Assembly: GCA_027593235.1 (NCBI GenBank)
Contig: JAQCIU010000024.1
Location: forward strand, 1-45,807
Direction of reading: 5' to 3'
Length of the DNA: 45,807 bases
DNA from: Chloroflexota bacterium
GTDB taxonomy: Bacteria > Chloroflexota > Dehalococcoidia > UBA2979
Shown: in pieces, positions 38,621 through 45,807 of the stretch
Layout: the number at the start of each line of letters is the position of its first letter
Position numbering within the stretch: the stretch's first letter is position 1
Notes under the pieces: model-generated
Told to the model about the DNA's origin: nothing
Seen by the model: the letters and a program-made list of their open reading frames with translations, nothing else
The model's database searches: none
Program-made: the position numbers and the translations under genes

Positions 38621-39586
38621 TCAGGCGACGTCGATGACGACGTTCCCGATCTTCTGGCCGGACTCGACATACCGGTACGCCTCGACGATCTCATCCAACG
38701 AATACCGCCGGTCGTCAATCACTGGCCTGAACGCCCCCGACTCCATCAACCCTGCGAAGTACTCCACCATCGCCTGGTCGTCCTTCGGAATCGGGAACAA
38801 CACACGCTTCCCACGCAGCAGCGGCGTCACTAGCGCCAATAGCGGGTTCTGCCCCAGCCACCCCAGTTCCGAGGACTGATACACCCCGCTGGGCTTCAAC
38901 AACCGCCGGCACCGTCGGAACGAACTCTTCCCGACAGAATCGAGGACCACGTCATACCGCTGCATGTCCTGCGTGAAGTCCACCGCCGTGTAGTCGACGA
39001 CGCGGTCCGCCCCGAGCCCACGCACCAAGTCCAGATATGCCGTCGCGCACACCGCCGTCACTGTCACGCCCATACTCTTCAGGATCTGCACCGAAGCTGA
39101 CCCGATCGCCCCCGTCGCGCCGTTGACCAGCACGTCCTGGCCGCTCTGAATGCCGGCCGCGCGGATAAACGACAGTGCGTAGTGCGCGCCCTCGGTCGCG
39201 GCGGCAGCCACCTCGAAACTCACGTTCGACGGCATCTTCGCCACCGGCGAATCCTGCGCGACCGTCATGTACTCCGCGTGTCCGCCGAACGGCCTCTCGC
39301 TGTAACCGAACACGCAATCGCCTACCTCAAACGACGTGACGCCAGGACCGACAGCCTCCACCTCACCGGCAAACTCGTTCCCGAGGATCGTCCGCCTCGG
39401 CCGTCGCAATCCCGTGAAGAACCGCGTGATGAACGGACTAGCCGCCCGGAACCCGCAGTCGGTGCGGTTCACCGTCGTCGCGCGCACCCGCACGAGGAGT
39501 TCAGTGGCCTTCTGAATCGGCCGATCGACCTCGGTGACCTGCACCACTTCGGGCGGGCCATATCTGGTGTGAACTGCTGCCTTCAT
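38621..39586 (-). CDS. NAD(P)-dependent alcohol dehydrogenase/quinone oxidoreductase (MDR family)
   Basis: MKAAVHTRYGPPEV, VNGATGAIG, LGADRVVDY and GQKIGNVVI motifs. Confidence 0.9.
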   Translation of the reverse strand: MKAAVHTRYGPPEVVQVTEVDRPIQKATELLVRVRATTVNRTDCGFRAASPFITRFFTGLRRPRRTILGNEFAGEVEAVGPGVTSFEVGDCVFGYSERPFGGHAEYMTVAQDSPVAKMPSNVSFEVAAAATEGAHYALSFIRAAGIQSGQDVLVNGATGAIGSASVQILKSMGVTVTAVCATAYLDLVRGLGADRVVDYTAVDFTQDMQRYDVVLDSVGKSSFRRCRRLLKPSGVYQSSELGWLGQNPLLALVTPLLRGKRVLFPIPKDDQAMVEYFAGLMESGAFRPVIDDRRYSLDEIVEAYRYVESGQKIGNVVIDVA

Positions 39587-39655
39587 AGGCGCAGTGTACC
39601 CACGCCCGATTCGCCCCATTCCGGGGCGAATCGCGGTCCTCAAGGTGGGCGAGCG

Positions 39656-40174
39656 TCAGCCCTCGGTGGCAATCCCCGCCCGGTACCGCTCCAACAGCGC
39701 GTCGAAGTGCGCATCGCTCTCGGCGTCCGGCGGCTCGGTCCCTCCGAGGTGCATGGCGAGCCGATCGAGGTGCCAGTGCCAGCCGGCCGCGAACTCCGGT
39801 GCCGCCGGGTCCGGCAGGAAGTGATCGAAGGTCAGCAGCGTCCCGTCGTCACCCTCGCTAGTCAGCTCGAACCGGATGCGCCAGGGCATCTCCGTGTCAG
39901 TGCCCCACTCGTACTCGAGGACCGACGGCTCGTCCCACTCCAGGACAGTCCCCTCTGCGCCGCCGCCCTCGCCGTAGTCGAAGGTGAGCTTGCCGCCGCT
40001 CCGCGGCTCCAACGCGCCTCGATAGGCCCAGCGCGCCATCCGGTCGGGATCGGTAATCGCCGACCACAGCTCGGCACGGGACACCGAGTACCGACGGGTG
40101 AACCGCACCGCCCGCCGTCCGCCGAGGTCGATCAGCCGTCCGTCGTCGCTTCCGTCGCTCGGTGCGTCAGGCAC
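39656..40174 (-). CDS. SRPBCC/Aha1-domain protein
   Basis: LWSAITDPDRMARW, LEYEW and AGWHWHLDRL motifs; overlaps the ArsR gene. Confidence 0.88.
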   Translation of the reverse strand: MPDAPSDGSDDGRLIDLGGRRAVRFTRRYSVSRAELWSAITDPDRMARWAYRGALEPRSGGKLTFDYGEGGGAEGTVLEWDEPSVLEYEWGTDTEMPWRIRFELTSEGDDGTLLTFDHFLPDPAAPEFAAGWHWHLDRLAMHLGGTEPPDAESDAHFDALLERYRAGIATEG

Positions 40175-40529
40175 TCTTCCCCCTCGCTGGTCGCGCTGCC
40201 CGACCGCGGGCGGCTTCCCGCCCGGCGCGCCGTCCCCGGCGCACCTCGGTATCGAGGGCATCGAGGCGGCTGCTCCAGAACACGCGGATCGGCGCCAACC
40301 AGCGGTCGATCTCCATGAGCTGCTCCGGCTCGAGCCGGTAGATCTGCTGCTGCCCTGAGCGGGTTACCGACACCAACCCGCCCTCGCGGAGTTGGCGCAG
40401 GTGCCGCGACACGCCCGGGCGGGCGATCTCGAACTGGGCCGCGATGTCACCGGCCGAGAGTTCCCGCTCGGTCAGCAATTCGATGATCCGACGGCGGGTC
40501 GGATCGGCGAGTAATGCAATCGCATCCAT
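40167..40529 (-). CDS. ArsR/SmtB family regulator
   Basis: LADPTRRRIIELL...SAGDIAAQF...VSRHLRQLREGGLV...W..RLDAL. Confidence 0.92.
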   Translation of the reverse strand: MDAIALLADPTRRRIIELLTERELSAGDIAAQFEIARPGVSRHLRQLREGGLVSVTRSGQQQIYRLEPEQLMEIDRWLAPIRVFWSSRLDALDTEVRRGRRAGREAARGRAARPARGKSA

Positions 40530-40549
40530 GGCCAAAGAGTACATCACCA

Positions 40550-40559
40550 GTTACGTAAC
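40550..40559. promoter_or_regulatory. Probable ArsR operator palindrome
   Basis: Perfect palindrome GTTACGTAAC just upstream of the TACTCT -10 box of arsR. Confidence 0.5.
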
Positions 40560-40637
40560 GCAACCGGTACTCATTAATCGGCAACCGCACCTGCTCCGCG
40601 AAGCTGACACAATCGACGGGCAAAACACGGGGGACCG

Positions 40638-41258
40638 ATGGACGACCTGATCAACATGCTTGGCGGCCGCAGCGGCGGCTCGATCCAGCAGCTCGCACGC
40701 CAGTTCGGCATTTCCGACGAGCAGGCGGAGGGCGCCGTCCGCGGCCTCGCACCCGCGCTCACCGGCGCGCTCGGCAAGAACGCGGCCAGCCCCGGCGGCC
40801 TCGAGTCGCTGCTCGGCGCGCTCCAGAAGGGTCAGCACCAGCGCTACGTCGACGAGCCAGCGGCGCTCGCCGAGGAGACCACGGTCGCCGACGGCAACGC
40901 GATCCTCGGGCACCTGCTCGGCAGCAAGGACGAGAGCCGTCGGGTCGCCGCAGCGGCCTCCGATGGCTCGGGCCTCGATGTCGGCATGCTCAAGCAGATG
41001 CTCCCGCTCGTCGCCTCGCTGCTCATGGGCTCCGTCGGCGGCCAGGCAAACAAGAGCGGCGCGCTCAGCGGCGGCAACCTCGGTGGGCTCGCCTCGGTGC
41101 TGCAGGGTCTCGGCGCCGGCGGCGCCGGCGGTGGCCTCGGCGACATGCTCGGTGGCGCCATGGGCGGCGGCGGCGGCGGAGCGATGGGCGGCAGCTCCTC
41201 GACGAGCGGCGGCGGCGGTCTGCTTGGCGGCCTGCTCGGCCGCTTCCTCAAGCGCTAG
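40638..41258 (+). CDS. DUF937 family protein
   Basis: IQQLARQFGIS...DGNAILGHLLGSKDESR...LKQMLPLVA and a Gly-rich tail. Confidence 0.85.
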   Translation: MDDLINMLGGRSGGSIQQLARQFGISDEQAEGAVRGLAPALTGALGKNAASPGGLESLLGALQKGQHQRYVDEPAALAEETTVADGNAILGHLLGSKDESRRVAAAASDGSGLDVGMLKQMLPLVASLLMGSVGGQANKSGALSGGNLGGLASVLQGLGAGGAGGGLGDMLGGAMGGGGGGAMGGSSSTSGGGGLLGGLLGRFLKR

Positions 41259-41283
41259 CGACCATCGAGGTCAGACGAAGCGG

Positions 41284-42414
41284 CTAAACAACCGCTGGCA
41301 CGTCCGCGAACCGCGGCATCACGTGCTTGCGGAACAGGTCGAGGGAGTGCGACGCCTCGGCGTGGGTCAGGTCGCCCCACTGGAACGAGCCAACGAAGTA
41401 GTTCGCCCCGCTCTCCTCGACGTACCGCTCCACGTACTGGCCGACTGACTCTGCGGTCCCGACCAGTAGCGCCTCGGAGTCCATCGCCTGCTCGGGCGTC
41501 ATCCGCATCGTCAGCACCGAGTTCGGCCGCGCGGCCGGCGCGGCCTCATGCTGCTGCTGCTTGAACCACTCCGACTGGCGCACCACCTCGTTGAACGCAC
41601 CGGCCGCACCCTTCGTCGCGTCGCCACCCTCGGGCGACGGCTTCGCGAAGTGCGAGAGGTACGAGTGGTACGCGGTGACCGCCCGCTCCCGAGCCTCCTC
41701 GACGCTGTCGCAGATCAGGATCCGGCGCGTCCCGCCGTAGAGCGGATCGGCGTGCCGGTACACGTTGGCAGCGTCGCCCGCCCTCGAGGTCTCCCACGCG
41801 TCGCGGTAGATCTGGGTGACCGTCGCGATCTGGTCGATCGACCCGTTCGCGATGAAGTTGGCCGCGCGCCGCGCCGCGCTCTCCGGACCGCCCGCCCACC
41901 ACAGCGGCGGGTGCGGGACCTGTCGAGGTCGCAGCTCCATCCAGAGATCCTGTACGTCGAAGTGTTTGCCATGGAACGTCAGGAACTCCGACTGGAGCCC
42001 CGTCCGCAACATGTCCAGCGTCTCCTCGAAGAGCTCATAGCTGGGGTCCGGGTTCTCGCCCCACATCGCCAGCTCCGTGCCGCCGCCGGTGCCCGGCCCG
42101 ACACCGAGGTCCAAGCGACCGTCGGAGAGCTGGTCGACCATGCACACCTCCTCGATCAGCCGGATCGGCTGATGGAGTGGCAGCACATATACGAGCGGCC
42201 CAATCCGCATCCGCTTCGTCCGCTGCGCTGCCGCGGCGAGAAACACCGACTGGTTCGGAGCGAGGCAGAGCGGCGAATGATGGTGCTGCGCGACGTGGTA
42301 CGAGTAGATGCCCGCCTCTTCGGCCAGCTCCATGAGCTGCAGGCGCTCCTCGTACTGCTGCGCCAGGCCGACGTCGTCACGCCGTTCGATGTGATCGAAG
42401 ATCCCGAACTTCAC
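41284..42414 (-). CDS. LLM-class flavin-dependent oxidoreductase
   Basis: KFGIF, QHH, FLAAAAQRTKRMRIG, DQLSDGRLDLGVG, PRQVPHPPLW and SLDLFRKHVMP motifs. Confidence 0.92.
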   Translation of the reverse strand: MKFGIFDHIERRDDVGLAQQYEERLQLMELAEEAGIYSYHVAQHHHSPLCLAPNQSVFLAAAAQRTKRMRIGPLVYVLPLHQPIRLIEEVCMVDQLSDGRLDLGVGPGTGGGTELAMWGENPDPSYELFEETLDMLRTGLQSEFLTFHGKHFDVQDLWMELRPRQVPHPPLWWAGGPESAARRAANFIANGSIDQIATVTQIYRDAWETSRAGDAANVYRHADPLYGGTRRILICDSVEEARERAVTAYHSYLSHFAKPSPEGGDATKGAAGAFNEVVRQSEWFKQQQHEAAPAARPNSVLTMRMTPEQAMDSEALLVGTAESVGQYVERYVEESGANYFVGSFQWGDLTHAEASHSLDLFRKHVMPRFADVPAVV

Positions 42415-42536
42415 CGTGGCCACTCCCCTCGCGCCCCGACGCGCCCAATCGCCATCACAGGTGCGATGGGAGCGTAGCCGAAGGAATCGGGTACGTCTGA
42501 CGGCGGTCATCGAAGGGGGCGGGATCGACCGAGTTG

Positions 42537-42935
42537 CTACGTCTGCGGCGTGACGAACTGACAGCTCGGACCAGGCGCGCCGACCAACCGCAGATCAAGC
42601 GTCGCCAGGCCGGTTCCAAGCGCCTCTGCCAGCGCGACGTACCAGGCGTCGTACGCCATAACGCTCTGTCGCAGCTCCCAGACTCGCCGCCCCAGCGCCT
42701 CATAGGGAACGAGCGCGACCGGCAACTGCAGCAAGCTCTCGTGAGCAAGCGAAGCAACATCTCGGGAGATCCGGGCGGCGCATTCCGCGCGGCGCAACAC
42801 GTTTGCGACCTCGACCGGCAGCAGGTGGGGCGCGACCAGATCGCCGCCAGCGATCAGATCCTCGGCCCACGCGCCGGTCGGGCCGTCATCGATCAGTGCC
42901 GCCACGACGACCGAGGCGTCGACGACCAGCGTCAA
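42537..42935 (-). CDS. vapC: PIN-domain toxin
   Basis: VVDASV, EVANVLR, YDAWYVALAE and LATLD acidic PIN residues. Confidence 0.92.
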   Translation of the reverse strand: MTLVVDASVVVAALIDDGPTGAWAEDLIAGGDLVAPHLLPVEVANVLRRAECAARISRDVASLAHESLLQLPVALVPYEALGRRVWELRQSVMAYDAWYVALAEALGTGLATLDLRLVGAPGPSCQFVTPQT

Positions 42936-43168
42936 CGACGGTCCGCGTCGCTGTAGTCAAGTATCTCGTCGCCAGTGAAACGAGCGCCGGTTTGCTGCTT
43001 CCGTTCCCGAACGCGAGCCACCCATTCTTCGGGGTCGGGGCGCGCGGCGATCCGAACCAGCTCCCCCCGCAGGTACTCCTGGAGGGAACGACCAGACCGA
43101 GCCGCGCGAGCCGCCAGCTCGTCGCGGGCATCATCTGGCACGTCACGAATGGTGATCGATATCGGCAT
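42932..43168 (-). CDS. vapB: FitA-like ribbon-helix-helix antitoxin
   Basis: ITIRDVPDDARDELAARAARSGRSLQEYLR; 4-nt overlap with the toxin gene. Confidence 0.88.
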   Translation of the reverse strand: MPISITIRDVPDDARDELAARAARSGRSLQEYLRGELVRIAARPDPEEWVARVRERKQQTGARFTGDEILDYSDADRR

Positions 43169-43171
43169 ACA

Positions 43172-43202
43172 TGCATTTTGCTGCGACTAGCAGCATATTG
43201 CA
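43172..43202. promoter_or_regulatory. TA autorepression operator
   Basis: Inverted repeat TGCATTTTGCTGC-GACTA-GCAGCATATTGCA over the promoter. Confidence 0.65.
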
Positions 43203-43326
43203 ATCGATGCTCGCGTGACGATTCAGATCGGCGCAGCAACACCGGTCAACTCCGGACATCCTCCCCACTCCCGCCCTAAGCTCTCGAGGAATCCCGCTTC
43301 GCCCGCGCTCCGCGATCGGAACCTCG

Positions 43327-44721
43327 ATGCCACTCGCCGACCTCGACCGCGATCTGCGCGCATACATCGAGGGCGAGCGCGAACGCCTGCACGTCCCCGG
43401 CGTCGCCGTCGGCGTCATCCACGGCGACGACGAGTGGTTCGCCGGCTTCGGTGTCACCAACGTCGAGGTACCCGCTCCGGTCGACGACGCCACGCTCTTC
43501 CAGATCGGGTCGAACACCAAGACCTTCGTCGCCACCGCCGTCATGCGTGAGGTCGAGGCCGGTCGCATCGACCTCGACGCGCCGCTCCAGCGTTACCTCT
43601 CGAATTTCGCCCTCGGCGAAGGTGGCGATGCTGCCGCCGTCACCGTGCGGCACCTGCTCACCCACACCGGCGGCTGGGACGGCGATTGGGTGCTCGTCCA
43701 TCCCCAGGGCGGCCGTAACGACGACGCGCTTGCCCGCACCGTGGAGGCGATGCCGCAGGCCGCCATCCTCACCGCGCCCGGCTCGCTCTACCACTACAAC
43801 AACACCGGCTTCAGCCTCGCCGGCCGCCTGCTTGAGGTCGTCCGCGATCAACCATTCGAGGAGGGGATGAACGAATCGCTCTTCGCGCCGCTCGGCCTCA
43901 AGCACGCCGTCTGGTTCGCGGAACAGGCCATTCGCTACCGCACTGCCGTCGGCCACATCATTCGCGGCGGCCAGCCCCAGGTCGCGCCAACCTGGGAGAT
44001 CGCGCGCGCCAGTTTCGCCGCCGGCGCGATCGCCTGCGACATCCGCGATCTGCTCCGCTGGGGTCGCTTCCACCTCGGTGACGGCCGCGCCGCCGACGGC
44101 ACCCGCGTGCTGAGCGCCGCCTCGATGGCCGCACTCCACACGCCGCTGGTCCCGATCGGCGATACCACCGAGGCCGTCGCACTCTCCTGGATGATCGGCG
44201 CCGTGGACGGCGCGCGCACGATCTCGCACAACGGCGCGACCAACGGGCAGATGTCGCTGCACACCATCTACCCGCAACAGCAGGCGGCGATCGGCCTGCT
44301 CGCCAACGCCGACACGGGATCCGAACTGAACCGCAACGTCACCCGCTTCATCCAGTCCCGCGTCCTCGGCCTCGAGTCCCGCGACCCGGAGCCGATCGAT
44401 GCCGGCGACGCCCTCGAGGAATACGCCGGCACCTACGAGCGCGAGCTGCTGCGCATCGAACTCGCGCGCAATGGCGAACGCCTCGTCGCGACCGTCACCC
44501 CGCTCGCCCAGATCGCCGGCTGGGAAGCCAGCACCCCACCCCCGCCGGTCCAGATTGGCCTCCTTGAGGATCGCGACGCCTACGTCATCCTCGAAGGATC
44601 CAACCGCGGCGCTCGCGGTCGCTTCATCCGCGACGACGCCGGCGCGATCGAGTGGCTCCGCTGGAGCGGACGCATCCACCGCCGCAAGGCACCCGAGACG
44701 AACCGCAGCCCAGCACGATGA
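43327..44721 (+). CDS. Serine hydrolase, beta-lactamase class C/PBP-like family
   Basis: SxxK (SNTK), LLTHTGG, YxN (YNN) and HNG motifs. Confidence 0.9.
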   Translation: MPLADLDRDLRAYIEGERERLHVPGVAVGVIHGDDEWFAGFGVTNVEVPAPVDDATLFQIGSNTKTFVATAVMREVEAGRIDLDAPLQRYLSNFALGEGGDAAAVTVRHLLTHTGGWDGDWVLVHPQGGRNDDALARTVEAMPQAAILTAPGSLYHYNNTGFSLAGRLLEVVRDQPFEEGMNESLFAPLGLKHAVWFAEQAIRYRTAVGHIIRGGQPQVAPTWEIARASFAAGAIACDIRDLLRWGRFHLGDGRAADGTRVLSAASMAALHTPLVPIGDTTEAVALSWMIGAVDGARTISHNGATNGQMSLHTIYPQQQAAIGLLANADTGSELNRNVTRFIQSRVLGLESRDPEPIDAGDALEEYAGTYERELLRIELARNGERLVATVTPLAQIAGWEASTPPPPVQIGLLEDRDAYVILEGSNRGARGRFIRDDAGAIEWLRWSGRIHRRKAPETNRSPAR

Positions 44722-44915
44722 CCGGTTGCCTGCTCTGGCTGATCCTGCTCGTCCTCGCCTGGCCGCTCGCCCTCCTCGCGCTGATCCTCTACCCGATCGT
44801 CTGGCTCGTGCTGCTGCCGTTCCGTCTCCTCGGCGTCGCTGTCGACTCAGTCCTCGAAACCCTCCGCGCGGTGCTGGGCCTGCCTGCCCGCGTGCTGCGC
44901 GGCCCGCGCGGCTAG
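44718..44915 (+). CDS. Small hydrophobic membrane protein (65 aa)
   Basis: MTGCLLWLILLVLAWPLALLALILYPIVWLVLLPFRLLG; ATGA overlap with the hydrolase gene. Confidence 0.75.
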   Translation: MTGCLLWLILLVLAWPLALLALILYPIVWLVLLPFRLLGVAVDSVLETLRAVLGLPARVLRGPRG

Positions 44916-45011
44916 TCGCCCGGTTCCCTTGCCAGTCGGCGTGAATCCCCGCGGGCGAAGATAGTCCCCCTCGATCAGCCCCAAGGTCATCTGCAAAACC
45001 CGACCTTCAGC

Positions 45012-45214
45012 CCTGCTCGCGGCACGGCCGAGCTGCGAAGATCACCACAGAACGAGGTGGAGCCAGAAACACCACCCCGCAAGCGACACGGGAAGGGGGG
45101 ACACCGCCCTTGGGCATAGATGAATCGCCAGAGGGTCAGCGGTCCCGACTCACCTAAACGCGAACCAGCGTCCAGGCGGTTCGCCCTCGGTCAGTTGGCC
45201 GGATATTGAGCGGC
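45012..45214 (+). ncRNA. 6S RNA-like long irregular hairpin
   Basis: Nested pairings found by hand: 45013-19/45207-13, 45025-35/45192-201, 45055-62/45149-55, 45083-86/45125-28, 45093-100/45104-11. There is a central bubble with a 3' hairpin GCGAACC/GGTTCGC, and a terminator-like hairpin downstream. Confidence 0.55.
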
Positions 45215-45228
45215 CCGCGACCCCAAAC

Positions 45229-45253
45229 ACAGGCCCCGCGTTGCGGGGCCTGT
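45229..45253. terminator. GC-rich hairpin terminator, probably bidirectional
   Basis: ACAGGCCCCGC-GTT-GCGGGGCCTGT between the candidate RNA and the convergent GNAT gene. Confidence 0.65.
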
Positions 45254-45271
45254 CGGCGTTAACGCCAGTCG

Positions 45272-45704
45272 CTACCCAACCGCGTCGAACCGCTTCTGCA
45301 TGAAATACGACACCGGCTCCGGCGCCTCGCCCAGCACCCCGAACGTCGTGTACCCCTGTCGCTCGTAGTACGCCGGCCCCGCCTGGAAATCGTACGTATC
45401 GAGGTGTGCATGGGTCGCACCGCGCTCGATCTCATACCGCTCCGCCGCCGCCAGCAGCGCTCGCCCGTGCCCATGCCCGCGCAGCAACTCGTCGATCCAG
45501 AGGAACTCGATCGACAGCCGCTCCAACCACACGTCGCCGCTGATCCCGCCGAGGAACGCGCAATCCGCGCCCAGCAGATGGAACACCACCGGGAAGTGGT
45601 CCGTGCGCCCGACCGTGTCGAAGTTGTACCGAACCAGCCCGCTCCGCACCCGCCTCGTCCGAGGTCGGCTCGGTCAGATGCACGATCCGCAGCTCATCGG
45701 TCAT
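45272..45704 (-). pseudogene. GNAT N-acetyltransferase, frameshifted near 45650
   Basis: ATG 45704 with GAGGGGAG RBS (MTDELRIVHLTEPTSDE) is out of frame with the GNAT body (LWIDELLRGHGHGRALL...LDTYDFQA..YYERQGY). Confidence 0.75.
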
Positions 45705-45727
45705 GCGGCGCTCCCCTCGATCCCCTC

Positions 45728-45807
45728 GACCCGGCTACGCCGGCGCCATACCGGGACCCGGCTACGCCGGGAGGGCCGGGAGGGCCGGGCGGGCCGGGCG
45801 GGCCGCA
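45728..45807. repeat. Short GC-rich repeats at the window end
   Basis: GACCCGGCTACGCCGG at 45728 and 45755, then G(A/C)GGGCCGG units. Confidence 0.6.

Noticed and set aside
43327-44721. Bona fide beta-lactam resistance gene
   Set aside because: The motifs are shared with esterases and peptidases of the family; resistance cannot be inferred.
45085-45205. Resemblance to the c-di-AMP (ydaO) riboswitch (GGGGGAC..TGAATC..AGGG..GTCAG)
   Set aside because: Partial match only, and there is no downstream same-strand gene to regulate; a rod-like fold fits better.
44916-45271. RNase P, tmRNA, SRP RNA or cobalamin riboswitch
   Set aside because: Hallmark motifs (GAGGAAAGTCC, tRNA-like ends with a tag ORF, SRP loop, B12 box) were not found.
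45728-45807. GC-rich repeats as a functional element
   Set aside because: Truncated at the window edge; low complexity and possibly a contig-end artefact.

Overview
High-GC bacterial chromosomal segment with about 45 genes. Gene content and style suggest Chloroflexota (Dehalococcoidia/Tepidiformales/SAR202-like) or an actinobacterium; this is inference only. Contents include catabolic enzymes (CoA-transferase III, lactonase, MDR/SDR/LLM oxidoreductases, an APH kinase with a small partner, and an aldehyde:ferredoxin oxidoreductase with a MoaD-like protein), cysE-cysK, an ABC exporter, TetR/MarR/ArsR regulators, a vapBC-type TA pair and several Thr/Pro-rich lipoproteins. Most notable: (i) a ~200-nt rod-shaped 6S-like RNA candidate at ~45012-45214 that the ORF track does not show; (ii) an aminotransferase / nucleotidyltransferase-PLP-enzyme fusion / LicD operon that may make and transfer a CDP-amino-alcohol; (iii) a heliorhodopsin divergent from a PHP-hotdog fusion; (iv) many apparently leaderless genes with a -10 box about 6 nt before the start codon; (v) four in-frame stops, a frameshift and two gene-fragment junctions, which may be pseudogenes or assembly artefacts. 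No rRNA, tRNA, CRISPR array, transposase or integrase was recognised. All family calls come from motif recognition by eye; no database searches were run.
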